This document shows, piece after piece, positions 50,895 through 64,000 of a stretch of 64,000 bases of DNA. Positions within the stretch are counted from its first letter, which is position 1. Each line of letters starts with the position of its first letter. The translations under genes and the position numbers were made by a program. A model generated the notes under the pieces. The model searched no databases, had not been told where the DNA came from, and saw only the letters and a program-made list of their open reading frames with translations. Where the stretch lies: the NCBI RefSeq assembly GCF_001194135.2, contig NC_068987.1, forward strand, positions 73,751,504 to 73,815,503, given 5' to 3'. The DNA is from Octopus bimaculoides (taxonomy: Eukaryota).

Positions 50895-52190
50895 TGTGGG
50901 GTGGGGGGGGAGATGAAATCGATTACATCGTCCGCTGTATTTGACTGCAACCTATTTTATCGATCCCGAAAGGATGAAAAATCGACCTCGGCGAAATTTG
51001 AGCTCAGAACGTAAGGACAGGCGAAATACTGCTAAGCATTTTGTCCGGCGTGCTAACTCGCGGCTTTAGCAGAGGCAGTAGTAATAGCAACAATAATAGT
51101 GCAACAAAAGCAACAACGACAACGATGATGACGACGACGATAAACAACGACAACCTCCTTCATCACTGTATGATTCTCAATTTGACATCATTTGTTCTAT
51201 AATTTTCAATATTATAAAACCTTCGAAGGTGACGAGCTGGCTGAATCGGTAGCACGCCGGGCAAAATTCTTGGCAGAATTTCATCCGTCTTTACGTTCTG
51301 AGTTCAAATACCGCCGAGNNNNNNNNNNNNNNNNNNNNNNNNNNNNNNNNNNNNNNNNNNNNNNNNNNNNNNNNNNNNNNNNNNNNNNNNNNNNNNNNNN
51401 NNNNNNNNNNNNNNNNNNNNNNNNNNNNNNNNNNNNNNNNNNNNNNNNNNNNNNNNNNNNNNNNNNNNNNNNNNNNNNNNNNNNNNNNNNNNNNNNNNNN
51501 NNNNNNNNNNNNNNNNNNNNNNNNNNNNNNNNNNNNNNNNNNNNNNNNNNNNNNNNNNNNNNNNNNNNNNNNNNNNNNNNNNNNNNNNNNNNNNNNNNNN
51601 NNNNNNNNNNNNNNNNNNNNNNNNNNNNNNNNNNNNNNNNNNNNNNNNNNNNNNNNNNNNNNNNNNNNNNNNNNNNNNNNNNNNNNNNNNNNNNNNNNNN
51701 NNNNNNNNNNNNNNNNNNNNNNNNNNNNNNNNNNNNNNNNNNNNNNNNNNNNNNNNNNNNNNNNNNNNNNNNNNNNNNNNNNNNNNNNNNNNNNNNNNNN
51801 NNNNNNNNNNNNNNNNNNNNNNNNNNNNNNNNNNNNNNNNNNNNNNNNNNNNNNNNNNNNNNNNNNNNNNNNNNNNNNNNNNNNNNNNNNNNNNNNNNNN
51901 NNNNNNNNNTTGTAATCGACTTAATCCCTTTGTCTGTCCTTGTTTGTCCCCTCTATGTTTAGCCCCTTGTGGGCAATAAAGAAATAAACTTTAGCACGCC
52001 AGATGAAATGCTTAGCGGTATTTCGTCTGTCTTTACGTTTTGAGTTCAAATTCCGCTGAGGTCGACTTTTAACTTTCATCCTTTCGGTGTCGATAAATTT
52101 AGTACCAGTTGCGTACTGGAGTCGATCTAATCGACTGGCCCCCTCTCCAAAAATTCCGAGCCTTATACCTAGAGTAGAAAAGAATATATT
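50895..52190. mobile_element. SINE-A: minus partial 50895-51057; plus-strand multimer 51228-52190 spanning a gap
   Basis: Head before the gap; alternative tail fused to a headless unit after it. Confidence 0.85.
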
Positions 52191-52324
52191 CAATATTTTA
52201 AAATTTTCCAACTACATGTCCTAGACAAACGAAATTAAATAGGCTCCATACTGAACAATAAAAGATTTATTTATCAAAATTCGAACAAAAGATTCAGAAG
52301 GATGTAGATTTTATAACCGATTTG

Positions 52325-52691
52325 ACGAAGCTTCACAAACGCTCAATATGCGCACCGCCTATGACACGATACACGTCCAGCTCCTGCTAAACGTGTTGTA
52401 GCATGCCTTGCGTAATTCTCTAGCACCTCAGTGATTCTCTGCTTGAGTTCCTCTAGGCTTGTAGGAAAATGTGGGATATAGACCAGTCCTTTCACATAGC
52501 CTGTAAAAAAAATCACAAGGTGTCAAATCTGGCGAACAGGATAGCCATGTCAACAGCACATTGTCATTATCACTGGCATGCCCGATCCAAACTTAGATTT
52601 TACACATTTGGTTAAAATTTGAGATCATTTGAGCGCGAATTGGCTATGTTATTAGACTCCGAAATTACGTCAATTTTGTGGGGACACCCGG
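52325..52691 (-). mobile_element. Tc1/mariner-superfamily remnant (one TIR, transposase C-terminus)
   Basis: GYVKGLVYIPHFPTSLEELKQRITEVL...MLQHV*QELD..RVIGGAHIERL*; TA-CCGGGTGTCCCACAAAA terminus. Confidence 0.72.
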
Positions 52692-52880
52692 TATATCAGA
52701 CCTATGACTTCGTGATCCGTATTTTATAATTGTATGTATTGTGTCTGTAACCAGGCAATGGCTCACTTTCCTTAAGTCTAAAACATTGTTAATGTGTAAC
52801 CAAGAAGTCTCAGGAAAACAATGAAACAAAGAACGCGAGTACGCAAGCATATAATTACTCAGGGGATAGAATAAAGTAAA

Positions 52881-52916
52881 ATTCAATGTTTCGGATATTG
52901 ACCCTTTGTCTGGAAT
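52881..52916 (-). ncRNA. Degenerate minimal hammerhead motif (H4)
   Basis: AUUC-CAGACAA-A-GGGU(CAAU)AUCC-GAAAC-AUU-GAAU; stems I and II pair; core has two substitutions plus G-to-A in stem III. Confidence 0.5.
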
Positions 52917-53157
52917 ACAAAGCGAAAATAGGGAAAAAGGTGCAAATCAGTCAAAATAAAAACAGCAGAGAGAATGAGGAACGGAAATGGAATAGAAGTG
53001 TGCTGAATGGTACTTTGAAGACAAAAGGGAGGAAGGAAAATAATCAAAGACTGTGAACAAGTGAGGAGAACAGAAGCTTCTCAAGATTAACTTAGAACCC
53101 TATGTATTAGTCAGAAATGTTCTGAGTTGTCTCTCTTCGTGTTCTCTCCTATCGTAG

Positions 53158-53219
53158 ACAATAGATGAGAGTTCCACAGCCTATACAAATGATTTGATTA
53201 TAGTGATCATATGTTTGTG
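53158..53219 (+). CDS. Candidate coding exon 7 (3' boundary uncertain)
   Basis: Very strong pyrimidine tract gtctctcttcgtgttctctcctatcgtAG; only the phase-0 frame is open (TIDESSTAYTNDLIIVII), loosely like the late ATD helix of iGluRs; no convincing donor. Confidence 0.3.
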
Positions 53220-54017
53220 GTGTACATTGGCTCATACTCTCCGTCAAATCGACATTGTCTGTACAAATGCCCAGTGTGCCACAGATCAGAGACTGCCATC
53301 AATTAATCGCAGAGCAACGCGAGACGAAGTGCTTGGTTCAAAAACACAACGCACTGCCCGTTGCGAGATTCGAACTACGATTTTGTGATTGTGGGGGTGC
53401 AGCTTTCTAACCAATAGGCCATGTACCTTCTGTTTCCCCTCGGTGCTCAGTCAAAAAATAATGTAACTTAATCCCTAATATTTCTTCTAAATTCTCTAAT
53501 ATTAATCTACTGTTGCTATTTATAATATTGATAACGTTGGAAATAAACACGCTATTATATTACTAGTATCACACTTGTATTTTTATAGCAATCTGAACAG
53601 TCTTAATCAGGTTACTGAATAATTATTAATTTTCTCGATTTTTTTAATAAATTCATTATTGTGATCTCCAGGCGAGCTGTAGAGTGTTAGAAACGGGAGA
53701 GACCTGACCAAATTCTCTATAGTATTTAGTTGTAGTTGTTCTCAATTCTAATTTATGCAAACTCAAAATGAAAAGTATTCTAACCTCCACCATCTTATCT
53801 TTTTGAGAGTTTGTAGAACTGAATTGTATAACATGTTGTCTCCTTCTCATCCTACAGACAACTGTAGGATGGGATTTGAAAGAGATTTAGTAGCAAGAAG
53901 AGCGATTTCGTTGGCTCGTAATATTTAGTTCTTTTGTTAAGCGTTATAACGAATGCATCGTCTTCACGCTTCTTAAATATACACAGTACACACGCAGATA
54001 CACACACACACACAGTA

Positions 54018-54050
<33 letters not shown>

Positions 54051-54482
54051 GAGAGAGGGGGGAGAAAGAAAGAAGATGAAAACTATCTTGCTTTTAATGA
54101 TTTAATTAACTGGTGGACAGTCATGGAATTTGCTGTTGTTGACTGACTCCCACCATTTATTTTATCGATCCCGAAAACATAGAAGATAAATTTGACTTCG
54201 GAACGATTTGAACGCAGAGCACAGTGAGCAGGAACAAATACCAAAGAACATCTCACTCAACTCTCTAACATTTTCGCCAATCCACCTTCTTGAATTGTTT
54301 CCCTATTTTATCCACCACGGAAGAAAGAATGAAAGGCAGAAGTGAGATTTGAATTCAGTGCGCAGGGAATCAGAATAAACATCACGAGGCATTCTATCCA
54401 ACACTCTGAACACCACTCTGCTAATTCGCCGCCGAGTAAACTTATCTAAAATATCAATTTCTCTATTTGCTACCGTATTAGC

Positions 54483-54864
54483 GTGGAGGCGCAATGGCCC
54501 AGTGGTTAGGGCAGCGGTCATAGGATCGCGGTTTCGATTCCCAGACCGGGCGTTGTGCGTGTTTATTGAGCGAAGACACCTAAAAGCTCCACGAGGCTCC
54601 GGCAGGGGATGGTGGCGAACCCTGCTGTACTCTTTCACCACAACTTTCTCTCACTCTTACTTCCTGTTTCTGTTGTGCCTGTAATTCAAAGGGTCAGCCT
54701 TGTCACACTGTGTCACGCTGAATATCCCCGAGAACTACGTTAAGGGTACACGTGTCTGTGGAGTGCTCAGTCACTTGCACGTTAATTTCACGAGCAGGCT
54801 GTTCCGTTGATCGGATCAACTGGAACCCTCGACGTCGTAAGCGACGAAGTGCCAACAACAACCT
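54483..54864 (+). mobile_element. SINE family C full length with 7-bp TSD-like repeat
   Basis: A box TGGCCCAGTGG, B-like GTTTCGATTCC, tail GTTCCGTTGATCGGATCAACTGGAACC, (CAA)n; TATTAGC at 54476-54482 and 54865-54871. Confidence 0.9.
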
Positions 54865-55059
54865 TATTAGCAATTACTATACTACATAGCAAACTTATAA
54901 GTATCCAACCGTTAATGAAATCAATGTAACAGGTACCGTTTGTTATAATCATGTCTAAGTAAGTCAACAATGCGATATGGGTTCCATACCAAGGTGGAAC
55001 TGCTTAACATAATTTATCTCACTATTGTAATGAACGACTCAGCTTCTCATAACAGTTCT

Positions 55060-55223
55060 ATATATTCTGAGATGAGGAAATTTTAGTCGGAGTGGCATCC
55101 TTATCTTGATTGTTACTTTCACCACGTTTCGGTTGGGGTACGCTACAGCCTTCTTCAAGTGTCTTGTGATTCACCTTAGTGCTTTGCCTGCGATTGAACT
55201 CAGAACCTCAAGGTGGCTGCACC
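55060..55223 (-). mobile_element. Short non-coding H1-family element (B-box-like head, degenerate hammerhead at 55118-55166, tail) with 12-bp direct repeat
   Basis: CAAGACAC-UUGAAGA-A-GGCUG..CAACC-GAAACGUG; tail aatttcctcatctc..tatagaactg shared with the 4093 copy; CATAACAGTTCT at 55048-55059 and 55224-55235. Confidence 0.65.
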
Positions 55224-55274
55224 CATAACAGTTCTTAAAAATCCTAAATTTTATGGTTTCGTATTCTTTTAATC

Positions 55275-55625
55275 TTAGACATTTGACTGAGGCCATACTG
55301 GAGCAATACCTTTAAGGGTGTTTTTTAGTCGAAGAAATCGACCCCCAGGATTTATTCTCTGTAAGCCTAGTACTTATTCTATCGGTCCCTTTTGCCGAAC
55401 CATTAAGTTACAGGGGCGTAAACACACCAACATCAGTTGTCAAAAGATGGTGGTAGGACAAACACTCACACACACACACACAGACACACACACACAGACA
55501 CACACACACAGACACACACACACATACGACGGATTTCTTTCAGTTTCCGTCTACTAAATCCACTCACAATGTATTGTTCGGCCCGGGGCTATAGCAGAAG
55601 GCACTTGCCCAAAGTGCCACGCAGA
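55275..55625 (-). mobile_element. SINE-B, 5'-truncated
   Basis: Reverse match to body and tail. Confidence 0.85.
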
Positions 55626-56167
55626 TCGTTATTACTTTTTTTAGCTTGTGATTTTTCTACGTGCCACACGAGTTTGTTGTAATCATAAACTAAATACGGA
55701 ATAATTGCTTGCCATGTTTCCACAAATACAACCGTATATCCTTCCATCTACCAGTTTTCGAGTATTCTGGGAGATGAAAAAAAGTAGTTCTTATAAAAAG
55801 AAACCGGTTGATCTAGTTACTATTGTTACTGTTGCTGTTGTTGTTGTTTGGTGTTTGTGTTGCTGCTGGTGTTATTATTATTATTAATAGTAGTATCGCG
55901 TTCATTAAGAATACCTGCTGCAAACACCATCCTTCAATTGACAGCCCAGTCTTGCCACTGGAGTGTAACCTCTTTTGCTGAGTAGGGGGTATAGAAACCT
56001 TTGGCAACCACCCAACTGCTGACTGTTAACATTGCACACGTTTCCCACCCTCCATTATTAATATCATTATTTTTTTTTTTTCATTGCTGTTGTTTTCGTC
56101 ATCGTTGTCATTGCCGTTGTTGCCATCATCATCATCATCATCATCGTCGTCGTCGTCGTCGTCGTCG

Positions 56168-56217
<50 letters not shown>

Positions 56218-56277
56218 GTCATCGTCATCGTCGTCGTCATCATCATCATCATCATCATCATCATCANNNNNNNNNNG

Positions 56278-56312
<35 letters not shown>

Positions 56313-56325
56313 GTCATCGTCGTCG

Positions 56326-56375
<50 letters not shown>

Positions 56376-56585
56376 GTCATCATCATCATCATCATCATCG
56401 ATTTTCTAACCGTTATTATTGCTAGTGTATCGGTGTTGACAAGAATGACGACGGTTTAATTATAGAGATCGCCTTTCAGTAAGAAATACTGCTTTTTTTT
56501 TTCTACATACATATATACATTTCATAATATATACTTATTTTCAAAAAGGTTGAAAGGGAATGAAGTCAAAACATGCTTAGTGTTC

Positions 56586-56665
<80 letters not shown>

Positions 56666-59076
56666 AATTATGATGCTTGTATCACACTTATCCACTTTCG
56701 ATCGTTTCAATAATATGTAGGACTGATAAACGATTCAAATAACTGGAACAAAAATAAACAATGGTTATGCAAATTAATGCGATATTAAATGAGAGCCAAA
56801 TGCGACCCATTTCATTAAGACCTTCGATAGATGTTATACGCTTGCACATAGATAAACTCGGTTGTACGAGTAATCAACAGGGAAGGACTTATAATGTGGT
56901 AGCGAGAAAGTAACCATATTGAGATGCGCGTAATGAAAGGCACAAATTAAAAGGATTAGAATACTGAAAGGCACGTATACTACTTGATAAAATCGGTTGT
57001 GACGTTGAGGTTGTTTAGCTTAGGCAAGATAAAAGATGGACGGTATAAAAGGCTGAAAGGAAGGTATTCAACTTTGTGTAGCAATAAACAGAATGCTATT
57101 CACAAAGCGGCATTAATTAGGAGAAATGGGTGTGCCAAGAGTAACATCAAAGAGACAGGGATGATGAAAGGGAGGGGAACGAAGAGAATGACAGAAAGAA
57201 AAAGAGATAAAGAAAAATATAAGACGATTATGAAGAATAGAAAACTACAAAGACAGAAGTAACGACGTGCAATTAAAGGCATTGAGAAATTACTGTTGCT
57301 ATTCCCGGAGGAATACTGCAGTGTATTAGACTTTCAGCGATGTATCTACTTTAAATATGATACGCACATGCTATTTTTAACTAATACTAATTTCGTCACA
57401 GATATATATATATATATATATATATACGCATATATAAATACATTTATACCTACATACATGCGCATAGATATTCACACCCAAACACATACGCACGCACGCA
57501 TATACTTTTTTTATCGTTTATATTTTACTGGTGTCAGTTATTGGACTGTGAGTAGTCAACAGATCGACCCAAGTAAGCTATTCCCAAATTGGTACTCATT
57601 CTATCTCTCATTTTGCCAAACCGCTAAATTATGGGAACGGAAACAAACCAATATCGGTTGCCAACCTGTTGGGTGACAAACGCAAAAATACACTGATATA
57701 AACATGGGAAACGTCGAACGCTGTCCTCTTTCTGTCGAAGGTTTTCAGCCTAATATTTACATGTTATTATTCATAGTTTTATGTCCGCTTCGAGATCCAG
57801 TTCCCAAAATGAATTATTTCACGCTCCCTCAAAAGTTTATAGATTCTTATGATGACAACAATATGTATATANNNNNNNNNNNNNNNNNNNNNNNNNNNNN
57901 NNNNNNNNNNNNNNNNNNNNNNNNNNNNNNNNNNNNNNNNNNNNNNNNNNNNNNNNNNNNNNNNNNNNNNNNNNNNNNNNNNNNNNNNNNNNNNNNNNNN
58001 NNNNNNNNNNNNNNNNNNNNNNNNNNNNNNNNNNNNNNNNNNNNNNNNNNNNNNNNNNNNNNNNNNNNNNNNNNNNNNNNNNNNNNNNNNNNNNNNNNNN
58101 NNNNNNNNNNNNNNNNNNNNNNNNNNNNNNNNNNNNNNNNNNNNNNNNNNNNNNNNNNNNNNNNNNNNNNNNNNNNNNNNNNNNNNNNNNNNNNNNNNNN
58201 NNNNNNNNNNNNNNNNNNNNNNNNNNNNNNNNNNNNNNNNNNNNNNNNNNNNNNNNNNNNNNNNNNNNNNNNNNNNNNNNNNNNNNNNNNNNNNNNNNNN
58301 NNNNNNNNNNNNNNNNNNNNNNNNNNNNNNNNNNNNNNNNNNNNNNNNNNNNNNNNNNNNNNNNNNNNNNNNNNNNNNNNNNNNNNNNNNNNNNNNNNNN
58401 NNNNNNNNNNNNNNNNNNNNNNNNNNNNNNNNNNNNNNNNNNNNNNNNNNNNNNNNNNNNNNNNNNNNNNNNNNNNNNNNNNNNNNNNNNNNNNNNNNNN
58501 NNNNNNNNNNNNNNNNNNNNAATATCAGGGTAATAAAAAATTTTTGAAATTTCTTCTACCAGTAGCCTAGCGTGTAAAAAAATTTAGTCAATAGACTATA
58601 TATTATTTATATAAATACAGTGTACATTTAAACACATAAGAAGTATCCGTCATTGGATTCCTTGCACGCTAGAAGGAACAGCTAAAATCCAAGCCACTAT
58701 AAGGGATAAACTTTGAAGGGAATGAAAAGTAAAACATTTACCATCTATCTCCTGGACCATGGTTTCAAATTGTTTTTTAGCAAATAAAATAATTTGCTAG
58801 GTGAAGTCTTCATCAGCAGGTACGCCAAGATTAAAACAAAAACACAGAAAACGAACTCTTTTTCGAACAACGGAAGACACAAATAGATAAAAGAGACAGG
58901 CAACATAAGGAACAAACGGTGGGAGCTGTTAAGCCAATACGATGTAAAGTGGTGAACGCTGGAGAAACGAGCTTTGAAAAGAGACAGATAAAAGCATGTC
59001 TTGTTTTTAGGAAGGAAGTGGAACTCAGAAAGATAGATAGCCGTTGGTCACGTGTGAGCAAAGAGAGAATCAAGGA

Positions 59077-59112
<36 letters not shown>

Positions 59113-59273
59113 AACAGTGAAGGAGACAGGAGAAGAATAAGGAAAGGGTGGGAGAGAAAAACACAAAGGAAGAAGAACAAGAGAGGGAGATAGAAAGGAT
59201 AGAGATAGGATAAGAGTGCGCATCGGAATTATTTAAGATAAAATTTACTTGGAAATAGATACATACAAACATT

Positions 59274-59320
<47 letters not shown>

Positions 59321-59554
59321 GGTTGATGGATCGTTACTTTTCCTCAGGCATTCGTTCTACGATTGCTTGAACGAACTCTTCGTGTAAAACTCCGAGTAGC
59401 TATTGAGTGAATCACAGTCTTTACACAAATAAATATGTTCGTGTAATACGATTATTGCGTTTTTTTTTCTCGATGGCATTCCTAAACAGAAACGCACATA
59501 CTCATTCACACACATACACACCTATACAGACATATATAAACATGTGCGAGTTGT

Positions 59555-59649
<95 letters not shown>

Positions 59650-59902
59650 TGAGTGTGTGTTGCGCGTGTGTAAATATAGAAGAAGCCCAATCGTGTAAAT
59701 GTAGACAAACAATTACATGACAGACATAACTGGTATTGTAACAGGAGACAACATGCCCAGAATAATTATACTAGTTGATGCTGTTATTTCTACTGTTTGC
59801 GCTGCCTTCTACGCCATGTATATAAGACAGACTAGTTGCTGCTTTCTGGAAAGGTTAAGAACACACACGCACACACACACGACACACGACACGCACTTTC
59901 AT

Positions 59903-59947
<45 letters not shown>

Positions 59948-60419
59948 NNNNNNNNNNNNNNNNNNNNNNNNNNNNNNNNNNNNNNNNNNNNNNNNNNNNN
60001 NNNNNNNNNNNNNNNNNNNNNNNNNNNNNNNNNNNNNNNNNNNNNNNNNNNNNNNNNNNNNNNNNNNNNNNNNNNNNNNNNNNNNNNNNNNNNNNNNNNN
60101 NNNNNNNNNNNNNNNNNNNNNNNNNNNNNNNNNNNNNNNNNNNNNNNNNNNNNNNNNNNNNNNNNNNNNNNNNNNNNNNNNNNNNNNNNNNNNNNNNNNN
60201 NNNNNNNNNNNNNNNNNNNNNNNNNNNNNNNNNNNNNNNNNNNNNNNNNNNNNNNNNNNNNNNNNNNNNNNNNNNNNNNNNNNNNNNNNNNNNNNNNNNN
60301 NNNNNNNNNNNNNNNNNNNNNNNNNNNNNNCGGGATTTGAAAAACCTTATCAAAAAATATGTACTAAAATGGAATATGTAAAGAGAAAAGAACTAAAAAA
60401 AGAATTTATTAAAATCAAA

Positions 60420-61660
60420 ATTAAGATTAACATTCATAGTTCACTTTCCTTTTTCCTGGACATGCTAAACCACCTCCCCAAAACGGTCAATGACAAAACA
60501 CTGCTAGTATCCTTCGACGTAGTCAATCTGTATTCAAACATCACCCGCACTCGAGGAATAGAAGCCATCACATTCTAGTTAGGTAATTACTCCTATTGAC
60601 TCCCCTCTCGCATTAAAAAAGAACTCATAATAGAAGGACTAAGATTTATCCTAGAAAACAACTATTTTATATTTAACATTGACTACTTCCGACAAAAATC
60701 AGGGTCTGCAATGGGAACACGGACTGCACCTTCTTTGCGAACCTGGTAATCTCGAGATTAAATTATACCAGAGAAAACTCTAGAAATACGGAAACTTCTC
60801 TTCCACATACATTCTGGAAAAGATATCTCGATGACTGCTTCATCCTCTGGAATGAAAGTATAGAAAACTCAACAAATTCCAAACACCTCTAAATGCAATA
60901 AATGAAAACCTCCAATTTACGATAGAGTAAAACCAGAAACAACTACTGTTTTTAGATATCCTTATTAAGAAAGTCGGGAACAAAATAGAGACAGATATCT
61001 ATAACAAACCTACGGACTCGAAACAGTACCTGCCATTTGATTCTTGCCACCCGAGATACACCAGGATGAATATCTCATTTTGTTTAGCCAAAAGAATATG
61101 TATAATAGTATCAAACGCAAACACCAGTTACACACGACTCCAGGAATTGAAAACCAAACTCATCAATAGGAATTACCCACAACCCTCAATCGACAACACG
61201 ATCCAACGAGTACTTAAAATCAATGCGCAAGACCAAAGAAAGAAGAAATTTTGAAAACCCTGCCTTACATTTCCACACACAACCCACATAACAATGAAGC
61301 CTTCAACACTATACTCCATAGCACAGCTCTACTCAAGAGGGACACAAAGATGAATCAAATCCTCAAAAAACACACACAATCATCAAAAGTAAGAGACAAC
61401 CAAAATCAATAAAAAGGATTTTAACCCAGGGCAAATCACACTCAACAATAACCACTAAGCCGGCAGTAAAAAAATGCGGGAGGCCCAACTGTGAGATTTG
61501 TATCAACATAATAGAAGGATCAGAACACCGATTAGAACAAGGCCATAATTTCACCATAAAAACTAACTTTACATGTGCATCAGAGAACTTCATTTACTTA
61601 ATTACATGCTCGGAATGAAACGGCAATATATTGGATACACAAAAACAGCCTATGTCAGCC
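60420..61660 (+). mobile_element. Penelope-like element RT plus start of GIY-YIG, pseudogenised
   Basis: LLVSFDVVNLYSNI, RFILENNYFIFN, QKSGSAMGT, RYLDDCFILWN, ETDIYNKPTDSKQYLPFDSCHP, CGRPNCEIC, FTCASENFIYLITC across several frames. Confidence 0.9.
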
Positions 61661-62616
61661 TATAAGCATGAAATTTTAACCGAGCTGTGGCTCTGTAAAA
61701 CACAAATATCAGTTTTAAGATGTGTACTAACACAACATGGCGTTCCGTGTTCAATACTCGATCAGTGCTAAAATAAAGCATTTTACACACTTAAATGTGT
61801 GCGTATGTGTGTGTGTGTGTGTGGTTGTGTGAGTGTTTGTGGATCTGTACTGGAGCTTTTGGATGTGTGCATGTTTTTGCATGCGTGTGTGTATGTTTGC
61901 ATGCGTGTGTTGACGTGTACAGGCGTTTGTGACTGGGTGTATATGCTTGTGTATGAGTGCATGCGTTTGTGTGTATATATGCATGTGAATGTGTCTGTGT
62001 CTACATTTGTGCATTTTTGTGAATGTGTATTAGAGTCTCTGGAAGTGTGCATGTGCTTGCCTTTGTATGTATGTTTGAGAGTTGGTGGATATATTTGTAA
62101 ATCTCTTTTTGTGTTCGTACATGTGTACATGTGTGTGTGTTTGTGTGCGTGTGCCTGTGTCTGTGTGCGTGTATGAGTGAGTGCACGCGCGCGCATCTTT
62201 GAAGGTGCGTGCATTTGTTTGCGTTAAATCAGATCTCCTTTCAAACATGCTATATTTAAAGCATGGCCGTGTTCTAGTTTTATCTTTTCTTTATTGTTTC
62301 CCCGTTACTATTTTTCGCTGTTCGCGTTGATTGACATGCTGCAACAAACACGTAGTCTTGGAAGATGATTTTGAAAATAATTTCATCCTCAGATTAAACA
62401 TTCAACATATTTCTTGCACTAATTCATATCATTCATAGATGTAAACATAAATTTCATAGCATCTGAGTGAACAGAAAAACATGAACGAGTACCTGTATAT
62501 GTTCGGGAATAAAGAGTGTTCTCGTTGAGCTATAACACTGTGTAACACGAGATTTGTCATCCCCTCTCTCTCTCTTTATATATATATATATGTGTGTGTT
62601 TGTGTGTGTGTGTATG

Positions 62617-62650
<34 letters not shown>

Positions 62651-62652
<2 letters not shown>

Positions 62653-63121
62653 CTTTTACTTGTTTCAGTCATTTGACTGCGTCCATACTGGAGCAGCACC
62701 TTGAAGGATTTCAGCCGAACTAGTCGGCCCCAGGACTTCTTTCTTAAAGCGTAGTACTTATTCTATCGGTCACTTATTGCTGAACAGCGGAATTACGGGG
62801 CCGTAAAGATACCAACACCGGTTGTCAAGTGGTGACAGGGAGACAAACAGACGTAAAGACACGTATAATTAGATACACCCCCATATATATATATATATAN
62901 NNNNNNNNNNNNNNNNNNNNNNNNNNNNNNNNNNNNNNNNNNNNNNNNNNNNNNNNNNNNNNNNNNNNNNNNNNNNNNNNNNNNNNNNNNNNNNNNNNNN
63001 NNNNNNNNNNNNNNNNNNNNNNNNNNNNNNNNNNNNNNNNNNNNNGAGAGAGAGAGAGGGAGGGAGAGAAAGAGAGGGTACATATATAGACATACGTATA
63101 TATGTATATATATATTTATAT

Positions 63122-63169
<48 letters not shown>

Positions 63170-63422
63170 TTATATACATATGTATATATATATATTATGT
63201 GTGTGTATATGTTTGTGTGTCTGTATTTGTCCCCCCAACTTCGCTTGACAACCGATGCTGGTGTGTTTACGTCCCCGTAACTTGGCGGTTCGGCAAAAGA
63301 GACCGATAGAATAAGTACTAGGCTTACAAAGAATAAGTCCTGGGGTAGATTTGCTCGACTAAAGGCGGTGCTCCAGCATGACCGCAGTCAACTGACTGAA
63401 ACAAGTAAAAGAGAGTAAAGAG
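62651..63422. mobile_element. Two SINE-B 3' halves in inverted orientation (62651-62860 minus, 63200-63422 plus)
   Basis: Both match the B tail module; gap and (TA)n between. Confidence 0.85.
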
Positions 63423-63480
63423 TATACATATATAAATTTATATATATACATAAATATATGTATATATATAAATTTATATA

Positions 63481-63511
<31 letters not shown>

Positions 63512-63719
63512 TAATCATAATCCTGAAACGCGTCTGCTGTTAATCATCTGAATTGGTTAGTTTTTCATTGTTTTTTCTTCTTGTTTTTGCCTTTGTGAGT
63601 TACAAGTGATGCTATCTGTTGGAGTCTCAGCTTTTTAGCTGCTATTTCTGAACTTCGGTATATGGTGAAGCAAATATTTTGCTGATCCCTTAATTATATG
63701 TATAAATACATACATACAA

Positions 63720-63771
<52 letters not shown>

Positions 63772-63872
63772 CTAATAAAAAAAACGGAGAAAAATAGACA
63801 AGTAAAAAATACAACACGAGGACGTGCTACATGCAGAGTATTAATAAGACGCTCAGGAAAGGAAAAAAAGGG

Positions 63873-63909
63873 TGTTTTACGTTTCGAGCAAAGCTGTTTT
63901 TCAGAAACA
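63873..63909 (-). ncRNA. Degenerate minimal hammerhead motif (H5)
   Basis: UGUUU-CUGAAAA-A-CAGC(UUU)GCUC-GAAAC-GUA-AAACA; perfect 5-bp stem I, ACGU palindrome, G8A and G10.1C. Confidence 0.6.
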
Positions 63910-63969
63910 GGAGACAGAGGAAAGTCCAAAAGAAAAGGAAGACGGAGGAAAAAAATCGCCAACAGGTAG

Positions 63970-64000
<31 letters not shown>

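Noticed and set aside
54890-54932. Possible micro-exon QTYKYPTVNEINVT
   Set aside because: Too short to distinguish from chance
56852-56909. Possible exon KLGCTSNQQGRTYNVVAR resembling the S1 start
   Set aside because: Short, weak splice sites, immediate in-frame stop, phase not anchored
59713-59850. Open frame TNNYMTDITGIVTG...CCFLE with AG/GT ends
   Set aside because: Weak acceptor and no receptor motif

Overview
Repeat-rich, AT-rich animal genomic DNA from a short-read scaffold with 17 N-gaps, most flanked by microsatellites. The SINE and microsatellite content resembles an octopus/coleoid genome (inference, not verified). One host gene can be assembled by hand on the + strand from phase-compatible GT-AG exons: 16085-16253, 28335-28445, 42589-42879, 44804-44976, 46531-46680, and probably 47771-47899 and 53158-~53219. 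It encodes a signal peptide plus a region resembling the amino-terminal domain of ionotropic glutamate receptors / IR8a-IR25a-type co-receptors; its 3' part was not found. The rest is mobile DNA: four tRNA-headed SINE families (called A-D here), a headless repeat (E), decayed RLE-type LINEs, a CR1/L2-like end, Penelope-like fragments, a Ty3/Gypsy protease-RT remnant, Tc1/mariner MITEs and a Helitron 3' end. The most striking unexplained signal is eight minimal type I hammerhead-ribozyme motifs in about five sequence families. They include a tRNA-like Pol III head plus hammerhead cassette at a Penelope 3' end, and a fold-back element with a hammerhead in each arm. All assignments are by eye, without database searches; repeat boundaries are approximate.
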